Source: Haliotis rubra
Lineage: Eukaryota
Direction of reading: 5' to 3'
DNA: 64,000 bases
NCBI RefSeq assembly: GCF_003918875.1
Contig: NW_025767190.1
Location: 62,001-126,000, forward strand
In this document: positions 1 through 12,456 of the stretch, piece after piece
Numbering within the stretch: the first letter of the stretch is position 1
Layout: each line of letters opens with the position of its first letter
Position numbers and translations under genes: made by a program
Notes under the pieces: generated by a model
Told to the model about the DNA's origin: nothing
Databases searched by the model: none
What the model saw: only the letters and a program-made list of their open reading frames with translations

Positions 1-307
1 GGTTTGATTGTGTTTATTGATAGAAAAGACCCACCGAGAAAACGTTTTGTTGGAGAGATATAGATATGTACATATTTGAAAACATTCTGATTTGCAGTAA
101 ATGAGACACCTGCATTGCCATGTAAGATACAATTAATACCAATCAGTGTTCTAATTTTAACAATTCTTTCTAAAGATTGTAACAGTTTATGTCTTTGAGT
201 AGTATACAATGGACATTCAAGTAAGTATTTGAAAAATATTCTCACATTGACATGATACGTCATATTTTAAATATCAATTCTAAATAAATCGTAATTAAGT
301 GCACTCG

Positions 308-342
<35 letters not shown>

Positions 343-527
343 TATTGTGTGCAAAACATATAACTTCTTTAGTCCATATGAATAATATTTAGGTTCACAT
401 TTGTCTTTATTTCATTTATATGATAGAACAGTGTCGCAATTTCTAATAGCTAAGCTTATGTTTTCAATATGATGATGCCGATTCCCGTTAGACTAGAATG
501 TTAAACCGAAATGTTTATAAAAATAAA
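1..527 (-). mobile_element. LINE (CR1/L2-group) 3'-end relic; inverted copy of 42124-42672
   Basis: Reverse complement matches 42124-42672 almost throughout, with short deletions and a (TA)n expansion at about 311-340. The partner copy encodes a CCHC-type ORF2 C-terminus. Confidence 0.8.
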
Positions 528-682
528 GGTCAGGCTCGCTGACTTGGTTGACACATATAATCGTATCCCAACTGCGTAGATCGCTGTTCATGCTGTTGAT
601 CACTGGACTCTCTGGTCCAGACTCAGCATATTTACAAACCGCCAACATATAGCTGGAATATTGCGTTAAACAACAAACAAAT
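528..682 (+). mobile_element. Short retroposon family B, 3' part
   Basis: ggtcaggctcgctgacttggttgacac...ggtccagactc...atatagctggaatattgc aligns with the full copy at 44934-45185. Confidence 0.75.
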
Positions 683-915
683 CAAAACAGAAAAAGAAAT
701 GTTAAAAGCGTTCGTTCCGTTCTTGGTATCAGTGCGTGAAGCCCGTTTCCGGTGACTCCTCTGGAAGAATTCCCCAGAACCATATGATGGTCGTAAGAAG
801 AGTCTTAAAGAACTGCCTGATCCGAGTTGATTGATTGTGTGTCATTATGCGTGGAAGACGTGTGATGTTGCATATTATTTCATCTGCTGGAGGTTTGGTT
901 CAGATTCCATTGTTC

Positions 916-1081
916 AGTAAGTGTGAGTAAGTATTGTTTTACGCCGCATTCAGCAATATTCCAGCAATATCACGGCGTGGGACACCAGAAATAGGCTTCA
1001 CACATTGTACCCATGTGGGGAATCGAACCCGGGACTTCGGTGTGATGAGCAAACGATTTATCCACCAGGCTGCCCACCACC
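916..1081 (-). mobile_element. tRNA-derived SINE family A
   Basis: Reverse complement of the consensus: B-box GGTTCGATTCC, body catgggtacaatgtgtgaagcc, tail gcggcgtaaaac. Confidence 0.9.
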
Positions 1082-1789
1082 AGATTGTTCAAGGACCTTC
1101 GTGGTAATGAATATTGCTAAGAACGACTTTAAGCAACATGCACTCTCTAGTAATGTACCCTAGCTTTAAGGGTACGAAAACTCGCTGGCTCAGCCAACAC
1201 ACACCTCTTGCTGTATATACATCATCGATAAAAGCTATGGACACATATCGGCTTGCATTGTGTACTTCCCATGGAGCAGAATCGAATGTTAGCGCTTTAG
1301 AGTCTATAAAGCAAAATATAAGCGACATATTACTATTATCATCGTTAGAGCTGAGACAAAATTTACACATATACTACTGAAACGTCCATTACCCAGATTC
1401 GCCATTAAAAACCAACAGGACTGAATTACGGTTATGCACAAATTCAAGGACATGCCGTTGTTAGTTCAACAATGCGACAAACAGAATCTATGCAGTTTAC
1501 CCTCGGAAAGCCGTTTTGAAAGCAAACCAAATGGAAGTTAACGAAATAGAATCTGGGATTAGTTCTTCAGATAGAAATATATCAATTTGACCTCGGACCC
1601 TGCAGTAAATGAAAACATTATCTTATATTGGATTGTTGTCTGTATAGTGAAGATTTGACCTTCTCCCTTGCGGGCTGGTGAATCAGTCAACGGAATTAAT
1701 CTTTTTTCCAAAAATACTCCGTCTGAACACTGGTCAGGGCGGCCCCGAGCATGTCCCACCTGTCTGAGTGGATCAGATGACACTCCTGG

Positions 1790-2535
1790 GGTGGAAGGTA
1801 TATCATACACACACACACTGATACTGCATGGTGGAGTCGCAGTGGAAGTATGCCACACACGCACATACACACACACACACACACAGTCGTAGTGGAAGGT
1901 ACATACACACACACACTGATGGTGGAGTCGCACACACACACACACTGATGGTGGAGTCGCAGTGGAAGGTATGCCATACCTACACACACACACTGATGGT
2001 GGAGTCGCAGGAAGGTATGTCATACCGATTAGTCGCGGAAGGTATGCCGTCACACCACACACACTGATGGTGGAGTCGCAGTGGAAGGTATGTCATACCT
2101 ACACACACACACACTGATGGTGGAGTCGCAGTGGAAGGGTATCATACCTACACACACACTGACACACAGTGGAAGGTATGGTTGAGTGGGTGCAGTGTGA
2201 AGGTATGTCATACCACACACACACACTGATGGTGGAGTCGCAGTGGAAGGTATGTCATACCTACACACACACACACTGATGGTGGAGTCGCAGTGGAAGG
2301 TATGTCATACCTACACACACTGATGGTAGGGTCACACACTGATACACACACACACAGTGGTGGAGTGGAAGGTATGTCATACCTACACACACACACACAC
2401 TGATGGTGGAGTCGCAGGTATGTGGTAAATATCATGGTCAGCCTTATACGACACACACATGCAGCTGATGGTGCCTAGTCGCAGTTGAAGGTATGCCATA
2501 CCTACACACACACACACATGGTGGAGTCGCAGTGG
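1790..2535. repeat. Compound minisatellite: ctgatggtggagtcgcagtggaaggtatgtcatacct plus variable (AC)n
   Basis: Roughly 15 recurring units visible directly. It accounts for the Cys/Val- and His/Thr-rich ORFs here. Confidence 0.95.
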
Positions 2536-2659
2536 CGTAAATATCGATTCCACTGGTATACACGAAGGATGGCAGAGATATGATAGCCTCAGTTGTTTGA
2601 TTTTTGTTTCGGCGACATTTCAGTTTTATCACAGTGGGATAATTTATAGACGATTCCTT

Positions 2660-3260
2660 TGGGGCTGTAACAAGGGTGGATTAACTAGAACTAACAATGA
2701 TACTATCGATGGATTGCAATTGTTGAGCCTCCGATAGCAATTAATCGATGGTAGAAACGAAAACTATCGATGTGTGACTATCGATAGTTTAGTACTTGAC
2801 TTCCATTGATAAATGCGCAGCGGGGCCAGATTAGTTCACTTTGATTTAGAGTTCTCCGCCCCTGTTACCTCTTAAACTTGATCTGGGTTTCAAGACTGAC
2901 TGACTGACTGACTGAGTTTGGTTTTACGCCGCTTTTAGCAATATTCCAGCAATATCACGGCGGAGACACCAGAAATGGGCTTCACTCATTGTACCCATGT
3001 GGGGATTCGAACCACTAGACTACCCCCCACCGCCCCTGGGTTTCAAGATATTAAAAGAGACTGAAACTACTTCAGTTTGTTTTTATTTCATATAAACTAT
3101 ACATTCATTTGGGAAATGACTCCAAATGAGACAATTCAAGGAGAGAAAAAAGCTATTGCAATACTATTTCAATAGTTGGTCGCAATAGACTATCACTATC
3201 GTAATAGTATGTTGCAATAGTCTATCGCAATAGTTGTTTCCCCCTCAACAGTCACACCTA
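2660..3260. mobile_element. Degenerate MITE, possibly hAT-like, with a nested SINE
   Basis: Subterminal (ct)atcgat / tcgcaatag repeats at both ends; imperfect inverted ends (agggtggattaacta versus reverse complement of tagttgtttccccct); flanks attccttt / atgcctta resemble a decayed 8-bp TSD. Confidence 0.4.
2896..3036 (-). mobile_element. SINE family A with 12-bp TSD and internal deletion
   Basis: TSD tgggtttcaaga at 2884-2895 and 3037-3048; (GACT)n tail; deletion between two aacc motifs in the tRNA head. Confidence 0.93.
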
Positions 3261-3470
3261 ATGCCTTATATAAAACGTCACGTGTGACTATGTTTGTGTG
3301 CGTGCGTGCGTGCGCGCGTGTCCGTATGCGTCTAATGTTTGGTCCACTCATCGAAGGCGCCTCTATTCGCTCTGCAGAAACCTATGATCGAGTCCCGTTT
3401 CGCCCCGGTGATGTTTCTAGGTATGTTAGCGCCATAACCGTGCTTACTTCGGTCTTTCCTCCCACATCAA

Positions 3471-3632
3471 GGGTCGGTGTGGTAGCCTAGTGGTTAAAGC
3501 GTTCGCTCGTCACGCTGAAGGCCCGAGTTCGATTCCCCACATGGGTACCATGTGTGAAGCCCATTTCTGGTATCCCCCCGCCGTGATATTGCTGGAATAT
3601 TGTTAAAAACGGCGTAAAACCATACTCACTCT
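3471..3632 (+). mobile_element. SINE family A, full length, nested in an older SINE-like element
   Basis: A-box TAGCCTAGTGG, B-box AGTTCGATTCC, tail ggcgtaaaaccatactcactc; atcaa(g) duplicated at 3466 and 3633. Confidence 0.92.
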
Positions 3633-4708
3633 ATCAAGCTGACACGCCTCTGGAATACTGTTCAAACCGGCGTTAAACCCAGTTTACTCACTCACTCACT
3701 CTGATGTCCTCGGAACCATCTTCAACCACCAACAATCAACAATCATTAAACTACAGGGCCATGATAAATGATACCAGCGAGTTCTGTAAGTCTACATGTT
3801 AATGTATAGCGGTTCAAACAGCTGCAGCTAACAACCCTTTGTGCATGCGGGCCTCCGTAATGTAAATACACGGCCTGCTATATACACCGCCTTCAAACGA
3901 CCAACACATTACAATAACCAGAAAACAAATTCCCCTTGATTAGAGGGTAATCATATAATCCAAAAATAATATTATCTTTTCAATAGTTTCATTCTCAAAT
4001 GATCTTACACGCAGAACATCAAACGGCGAAAAATAACGCCGTCCGCTCGGCCGAACGTTCAGACGACGCTTCGGTGTGGAAGAGAACAGATCCCCCACGG
4101 CCATTAGTCGGTCTGTGTGCTAATTCCCTATGTACGGTTAAGTCTTTGATCAGCCGCCCGTAATGACACGATGTGCCATAAACCTACACGGAGGTTAATT
4201 AGATCTGCCTGTTAATTACCAACGCCAGTGACGTCACACACGGCGGCTTTGATGTAGAAAGGGAACGGAACGTGTTAACGTTGTGCAACGTTTGCGACAA
4301 TCGTCAACGAGCGTTTTTAAAGTCTCGCATCACGGAAACTTTTCAACTTAGGTGGATCAAAGAGAAAGATGTTCTCTGAAACGAAGAAAACCCGAAAGGC
4401 AGAAACGAATCTGTCTCATGATGAATTACAAGTCACCTCTATGCTGTGTTGTATCTTTTCAGTGCACGGTATATTCTACAAGGAGCAGTGGAAGCTGCAA
4501 TTCACGGTCAGTATTGTGACCCCTACTTATACAAGGATCCGATGATCCAGTGCTTCGAATTTCAGAGTTGCCGGCATTAGGGTCCCTGGTTTCAGCAGCA
4601 GGAGTGCATGTTAAGGGTGAAGTCGTACTTTATTGAACTAACAGCCGTGATATAACTGAAATAGGGTATACTAATCACTCACCTCTACAGTACTGTCACA
4701 TATACCGT

Positions 4709-4855
4709 AGTGAGTGAGTGAGTTTAGTTCTACGCCCCTTTCAGCAAGATTCCTGCAATATCAGGGCGGGGAACACTAGAAATAGGCTTCAAACATTGTA
4801 CCCATGTAGGGATCGTGACGAGCGAACGCTTTAACTGCTAGGCTACCCCCCGCCA
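4709..4855 (-). mobile_element. SINE family A with 12-bp TSD
   Basis: TSD cacatataccgt at 4697-4708 and 4856-4867; (GTGA)n tail. Confidence 0.92.
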
Positions 4856-4919
4856 CACATATACCGTGAATATAATGTCATAAAGCGTACCCATCTTTCT
4901 CTATTTTCTTTCTTTGTTG

Positions 4920-5118
4920 CCATATTGCTGCTCTACGAAGATTACATTCTCTACGCATAATCGAGTTTGGGTCAGGCAATCCAGTGATTGGCATAATGAC
5001 CATCGACCTACGCAATTCCATCAATCAAGTCGGCGAGTCTGAACACTCGATGCCGGTAGTCGCCTATTACGACAAACATGGATTACTGAAGACCAGATCT
5101 AACCCGCATGTTCACGGG
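4920..5118 (-). mobile_element. Short retroposon family B
   Basis: Reverse complement begins cccgtgaacatgcgggttagatctggtcttcagtaatccatgtttgtcgtaataggcgacta. Confidence 0.8.
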
Positions 5119-6650
5119 AGGCGTCCCTATCTGTGATCGTATGATATCATATGCATACACTGTCAGCGGAGACGAGTCGCGAGTGGAAACGTGCTTTGTC
5201 GTCCTTGAAACGGCGAGTGGTAGAAGGGAGATAACTCCGAATTGTTGGCTCCACCCAAGCAGTTTTTACGCAACGATTATTCTCGACGACTCGTTACTCT
5301 CTGCGTTAGTTCTCGCTAATTCCTTTTATATGTTGTACACATCAGGGTAGTGGGAAGCAAGGGGTTGATTTGGAAACATTCGTACACCGCATTGGATCGC
5401 ATTTTGTTAACTTAAATCAATTTAATGCTATCTGTCCCTTCCCTTTTCCCAAACAACCCCCGTGTAAGCCACGCCCCCAAATCACACGCATTGGTATGAA
5501 CGCTTCAACGCTCTCGACATAGCAACGTTATACATACATCATGCCCTAGATAGAAACGTGTCATCGTCCCTCTCCATAAATAATACACCGGAGAGATATC
5601 CCTTATCTCTAAAAGCATTTCCACCTCCGCGAACTTTAAAAACACATGATAGCAGAGAGGGAGCGAATGTTTTCAATAATTGATCGAGTGAGCACCTATA
5701 TTTGATTTGTGTCGATCACCTGTATCAGTTTTCATCAAATGTTACACCTCTGTCATAAATATGAGATGAAGCTAGTGTATTAAATGAATGAATCAATACG
5801 AAAGCAGACCTAGATTCGCCGGCTCCACACTAATTCCTCCGAATTCCCTAAATAATTAAATACCAATCTTCCGGAGCTTCTAATATCTGCCTGTGTTCAC
5901 AAATTGGAGAGAGGGTCATGCACGCAGTCACAAAAGCCACATGAGGACATTTGGGTGAAGATGCATTATGAAATGTCAGCTATTTCTGTTTATTGCCCCT
6001 ACCATGTATACTATTTTCTTTCTCGAGGATTACGCACCGTGTTATCAATTTGTACTGAGCGGTAAATTTCTGAAGAGAAAATCTGTTTTGAATTGTATCA
6101 AGTTGTTTTATTGCATGCCTTTTGGTGATAGTTTAGGATGTTTGGCAAGGAAATCCTCCAGACAATATGGTTAACACTGATTCCACAAAAGGTATTAATG
6201 TATTCTGCTACATTTTCATTTCCTGTGTAAGGAAGTTACTTCCCACTGAATGTGGCAGATGGCGCATACAATAGATGACTCTAGACCAAGGAGGACATGA
6301 AAATAAAACTTGATTTCACACTGGACTCTGCTCTCAAAGGAAGAAATTCTGTTGANNNNNNNNNNNNNNNNNNNNNNNNNNNNNNNNNNNNNNNNNNNNN
6401 NNNNNNNNNNNNNNNNNNNNNNNNNNNNNNNNNNNNNNNNNNNNNNNNNNNNNNNNNNNNNNNNNNNNNNNNNNNNNNNNNNNNNNNNNNNNNNNNNNNN
6501 NNNNNNNNNNNNNNNNNNNNNNNNNNNNTGTATGTAGATGCAAAAGGATGTATGTGATAGAGGGGGTGTGTGGTGTGGGTGTGGTGAGGTGACGTCAGTG
6601 TAATTGCTAATTGAGATGGATATGATGGACGGGATAGGGTTGGAGGTGGT

Positions 6651-6742
6651 GACTGAGGTGGAGGTGACGTCAGACTGAGGGGTGAAGGTGACGTCAGACT
6701 GAGGGTGGAGGTGACGTCAGACTGAGGGTGGAGGTGACGTTA
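6651..6742. repeat. About 23-bp tandem repeat gactgagggtggaggtgacgtca (4 copies)
   Basis: Direct inspection; units carry TGACGTCA. Confidence 0.9.
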
Positions 6743-6928
6743 GGGATGAGTGTGTGTGTGGAGGTGTGTGGGGGGGGGTGTTGGGTGATGGTGTATGTGA
6801 TTACATTCAATTGCAAAACATTCACCATGTCATGTTTGAACATACAGTATTAGAGTAACAGTTCTACCGAGTAATAGGCCACACTGCTTTGACCTGCAGC
6901 GTGTTGGCTTCTTTAGGAAAGAGAGCAA

Positions 6929-7081
6929 TGAGTGAGTATGGTTTTACGCCGCTCTTAGCAATATTCCCGCAATATCACAGTGAGGGACACCAGAAATGGG
7001 CTTCACACATTGTATCAATGTGGGGAATTGAACCCAGGTCTTCGGCGTGACGCTTTAACCACTAGGCTACCCCACCGCCCC
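6929..7081 (-). mobile_element. SINE family A
   Basis: Matches the reverse-complement consensus from the tail to the 5' ggggcggtggggtagcctagtgg. Confidence 0.92.
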
Positions 7082-7929
7082 TCCGAAGTAATTTAGAGCG
7101 TTGGACTTTTATAACTATCGTGGAACCCCGCACCGAAGGCATTGGTGTCGTTGATGTTGTGAGCTTGGCGTTTATATTTTACCTCTTCTCAAACCGCACC
7201 AGTCTCGGAGGATTTCTACTTACATAAATGAAATAATCTTCTTAGCGCCGGTATTTTATTTGAGTACCAAGGCATTTTGCCAAGAGCCAACGTTTCAGAT
7301 CTCCACCCAATGGCAAATGATCTATGGGAGGTAACTCTGTTTAACACTCTGGTACTTCGTCAAACAGCAAAACATGTCCCATCAAGATATGACTTTGCTC
7401 CGCTATATATATACATTCCCTAATATCAATCAAATGTCAATATATGTTATCAGTGTAATATAAGTCCGTATTTTGAACCGAACAATATGCCAACAAGGTG
7501 AATTTGACGCCTTGGTGTTTTTGAAAGGCAAGTTGTGGAAGCGCAAATAAAATACCGTCAAGACAGGTGATCGTGGTGTTACGGTAGAGTACACGTCCAG
7601 TGACAAACGTCCCTCGCTACCAATTATTACACGTCTGATCTATTTGATCGGCATTTTAGAAGTTGATGAATAATAAGAAAGGTATGATACTTTAAAATGT
7701 CAATCAATCAACATCATTCATCAGAACATATTACAGTAGTTGTTATCCATAAAGTATCCTACCTTTCTTATTACGCGTCTTGTTACACATAGGTGACTCA
7801 CAAAAATTAACATTTGCCCGTCATAGAGAAAATATTTAACGTATCATTGTAACGTGGCATCTATATCAAGACTTTCGAGGAATAAACTGTACCATTTTGT
7901 GAATGCTACTTATTTTAAACTCCGGCAGT

Positions 7930-8125
7930 TAGTCTCTCATAGTCCCTGAACCACGTTATTTCCCCTACTGCCAAGTCCTATCGGCAGTGCTAAAGCCCTA
8001 AATAAAGCAAGTCTAGATTTCCTCAAGTTCTGAATCTCTGGTCTCCCTGGGGCTCCTTTTCAAATTAAATGGGCTTGTTTGTTACTATCACAATTATATA
8101 TATTCAGAGACTAAGCGTTAGTCTA
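7930..8125 (+). repeat. About 195-bp dispersed repeat family C, copy 1
   Basis: tagtct...agtccctgaaccac...ggctccttttcaaattaaatggg...gcgttagtcta; homologous to 11439-11626 and 30276-30469. Confidence 0.85.
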
Positions 8126-8356
8126 TTCGGCAGCCTGTTACAGACCCTGGCGTGTTACATAGGAAGCACTGGCTTCTAAACTCTGATTAGTCCACATATC
8201 ATCATCATTATTGAGACGGGGTGGTATGAAGTGGAGTGTGAAGTCGGCTTATAATAAGTTGTCAAAATGGCGATTCAGATCCTCGTCACTATGACAGAAG
8301 GAGCAAATGCGTTGCACTTCACAACTGGGTGAGAAGTTTTCTGTCACTAGACGATA

Positions 8357-8565
8357 TGAATTGGTCATACACATAAACGCTAACATCATACACACCTGTG
8401 AAATGGTCATACATATAAACTCTAACATCATACACACCTGTGAATTGGTCATACAGATAAACTCTAACATCATACACACCTGTGAATTGGTCATACAGAT
8501 AAACTCTAACATCATACACACCTGTGAATTGGTCATACAGATAAACTCTAACATCATACACACCA
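8357..8565. repeat. 42-bp tandem repeat (5 copies)
   Basis: Unit tgaattggtcatacagataaactctaacatcatacacacctg. Confidence 0.95.
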
Positions 8566-11438
8566 GTCAAGACAAAATGCCCGATATGCTATATTCATTG
8601 AATATCACATTTGTTGAAATGGGACATACGTGTCGACCAACTATGGGGAGAGAGTTGGGAAAAAAGGTTAAACAGTTTAAAAATTGGGAATTTGGCAATT
8701 CGCGTTTAGTAATCTGTATTTGTTATAAATTTATATACATCACTAGTTGGATTAGATTTGCGTTCAGTATTCCCCAGCATCTGGATACTCCACCCGATCA
8801 TACAGATAACGTATTCAACACAGTAGCCTGGCACAGAGCAAGTGGTGATGAATTACCAACCACTGCCTTATCAAAATATTTCCATGGAGGATACAAGCCC
8901 AACACTTAATATCCCGTTAACAAATATTCCGATAGCGTGTCAATGCCTGATCCAATTGGTCCCCTTGCACTAAACTGACCGAACCTGGACAATGACGGCG
9001 ATTGCTGCACGTAGACCACATATCTCCGCGGAGATATACCACAACTGGCATCATGTAATCTTCCAATCCAGGGACAATTTTCATTTCTGTAAACAAGCGG
9101 CGTAATTAAACTGATGCGGTATTTGAGTTATCTCCCTTGGCACGATACCCGCGATAAGCGCGATGAGAGCCGGTTGGTTATCTGCCGGGAAATGTGCCAA
9201 CAGTGTTTCAGTAATTGTTAACATAGAAGCAACCGTCTCGTTAACATCGTTAACATGCTTAATAATTCTACTTGCATTAAAGTTAGAAGCGGGACAAAGA
9301 ATCATGCTCAAAGAGTTTTCACTGTGTGGTGCGAACAATATATATTGTTCGCATCACACAGTGAACCTTTGAACATGAATATTAGAACTATAAGAAATTA
9401 GAACTATCAGAAATTAATGTTACTATAAACGCCAAGTTATATAATGCAATTTCCTGTACTTAAAATGGTGTTAAAACGTTCACGAGAAGCATTAAGCCAG
9501 CTACGCTCTGTCAGTTTATTTACAAGCAGGAAAGATAGCATATGTCTCGAAGTGTAAATGTCTTTTCTAAATTACTAATAGGAAACCTCCACACATTTAT
9601 AGAGACATATATAGTTCCCCATATCCACATCTTGTCAGTAGGGAACCTCTACAAGTACAGAAAGATATCCTTCATTATATCCACCTTTCCGAGGTGCATA
9701 CGTCAATATCACTCACAGTCACTGTCTTAGTCACCCTCAACAGGACGTTCCAAAACTAAAACTTTGGGGGACATTACACATGTACACATGGAGTACTTTT
9801 TTTCCGGGCGTCTCGATGGCTAGGTGGGTTAGATCGCTGACTTTGCTCTGCAGATTTGGCACCTCACTCTGAGAGTATAATCATGGACAAGAAATTGTTC
9901 TTTCCTGAGAAAGTGTAATCCCAAACATACCATGTTTGACCACTTTCTAAAAGGATTTGTGCATTCGTGCTGGATATTGACCTTTGCACCAAGGATATAG
10001 GGGAAGACCTGTGTAACATACCCATACGTTATTCATGTGAAAATTTCCCCAACCTGTGTGATTTCATCGGGAACGACATTTTATGGGTTCGTTGTATATC
10101 GGTCACATTTTCCTTTCCAAAGTGTGTTTGATTTTTTTTTTACACTGAAATATATTTTAAATAGATCTTTGTGTCCGAATTGAGCTATAAACAGACCTGT
10201 ATCACACCAGTCTGTCTCTGTGATGCGTTAATGTTTATGATTGTGCAACCAAAGATATAGCTATAAGATATACACACCACTCTCAATCATTTTACGTCCG
10301 TACTAGAATCGGTACTTCGCTGAGAAAGTGTAATCCCAAATATAACATTTGACCACTTTCTAACTTGGCATTGTGTATTTAAACGAAATATTGATTAAAA
10401 GGAATGAGTAGTTCTGGAACTGACATGTTTTTCAGATATCTACAAATTACACAGAATATTCCTTGGGTATGCACATGATTCATTATGTACATCTAAATGA
10501 CGTACACAAATGAATGTCTTTTTAAATATAGCTTTCTGAAGCATAAAGATTTGATTGTTTTGTACGTATGATGGATTGCCGTGGTGAGGGCAGTCGACGA
10601 GCGCGTTAATTACTACCCCGGGGTCAGTATCGGCCATGGAATGTCAATCACCGCCATGATAGGAAATGTCAGGCGCTTCAAGGAGAAGATAAGACAATTA
10701 AGCTTATCGATGATAACTATCATTCTAACCATGCAAGTCGTTGACAGCGTGATTGCAAGGGGTATTTTAAATTGAATTTTGACGAAAGCGTTTGTTTGCT
10801 GCTTGTGTGCAATCAGAGTTAAAAAGAATCCTCAATGGTTCATTCAAAGAGATTCATAGAGAATGAATTATTCGCGGGATATTACACATCTTCACTTGAA
10901 ACATCAAAGAAGGTTTCTTCTGAGATGTTAGTTATGGCATTCCCCGACAGGTGGCTCTGCAGGTGAATCACGCACGTGCAGGGGCACTGAGAAAAGGGGA
11001 AGTCATTCTGTCGGCGCCTCCTTTCAAAGGTGACCTTTGCCCTCTCGCTTCATCTCGGCTGCCAACGCGAGCTTTCACCAACTGTTATTTCATGCCCCTT
11101 GATCGGAAGTGGTCACTGTTCAATCAGACAGTATTCATCTTCTCCACCTTTGAAGATGCTTACCTGCCTATCTGATTCAGTGGAAGCATTCTGCCAGGTG
11201 GAACAAACCTGTCCTTTAATGCACTGTTGCAGCCTCGGACTGGCCGGCAAAACCTGATTTTGATGAATCAGCAACTGGTGCATTGTCACAGTGCAGCGAT
11301 CGATCCATCATAGTTGTTATTGTAGAAAAAACTCATCTCGTACAAAGACGCAATGCCTTGACAATAGCTTTTTAAATCTTAAATATTCTATGGTCTTTGT
11401 AAACAAAGAACACTCGATTGAATCGTGTGTTAAAACCG

Positions 11439-11626
11439 CCACAGTCCCTGAGCGGCATTATGTTCCCTACTTCCTAGCCCTCCCTGCAATACTAAAACAG
11501 TACATGAAGCAAGTCTACCTTTCCTCGGGTTCAGGGTTCTGAATCTCCCATCTCACTGGGACTCCTTTTCAATTAAATAGGATTATTTGTTACATGACAT
11601 ATATCCAGACACAAAGCGATAGTCTA
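11439..11626 (+). repeat. Dispersed repeat family C, copy 2
   Basis: Same internal motifs, ending gcgatagtcta. Confidence 0.8.
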
Positions 11627-12312
11627 CGTTCGGGCTTGCATGAGTGTAACATGTCGGGGACTGAAGTGCGCCAGGCCATTACTGGACGATACATCAACAC
11701 GAGCTGTAGTCAGCCGGCGTATCACGTATTAATGCCAATTCCATAAAGGCACTTATTGCACCGAGGGGCCATAGTAACTCGTTTTGTTGAGTGTCGATTC
11801 CTGGTAAAATAATGCTTATCCAAATACTCAGATTGCATCAGATGGTTTGAATGCAAGGTGTCTGTTGTCGAGTGACGATCCCCAAGAGCAACGCTACCCA
11901 AATAGCCAGAATGCATCTGTATTCAGTTGATGATCATGAAGAATGTACGTGCCATGCTATTTATAACAGGAAGGTATCTTAATTTTGTGTCTGTCACTGC
12001 GGTTTTTAAGAAAAATTAATTTCGCCGAGCACGCTAATCCGGCACTGTGAAACCCAAAACGATCTGATTCTAATAGAGACAAAGTTAGGGATTTTCATAT
12101 AGAATTAGCATGACCAAAGACATTTTCAGAGGGAGAAATGAATTGTGTAAGTGTCTTGTGAACAGTGTTTCTATTCATAGAGACGAGTTCAAAGTACTGT
12201 AAGTATATTTCATCCTGGTATTGTCATCTCCGATTGCATCGTGTACATGTTTCACGTTGATCTGCAGTAGCTAATGTTGTTCCTTCTCGACAAACGCACG
12301 AAACAGTTTTCT

Positions 12313-12456
12313 GAGTGTGGGTGAGTTATGTTTTACGACGCGTTTCGCAATATTCCATAGATGTCAGTGGGACACCAGAAAGTTTCACTCGATGGGAATC
12401 GAACCCACGTCTTCGACTTGAAGAGCGAACGATTTACCCACTAAGCTACCCCACTG
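12313..12456 (-). mobile_element. SINE family A, diverged
   Basis: gggaatcgaaccc...gagcgaacgatttacccactaagctacccc plus tail gttttacg. Confidence 0.75.

Noticed and set aside
1790-2535. CRISPR-like repeat/spacer pattern
   Set aside because: The 'spacers' are only variable (AC)n tracts; no unique spacers, no cas genes, eukaryotic context.
8249-8909. 200-aa ORF
   Set aside because: Held open by a 42-bp tandem repeat; the remainder has no recognisable motif.
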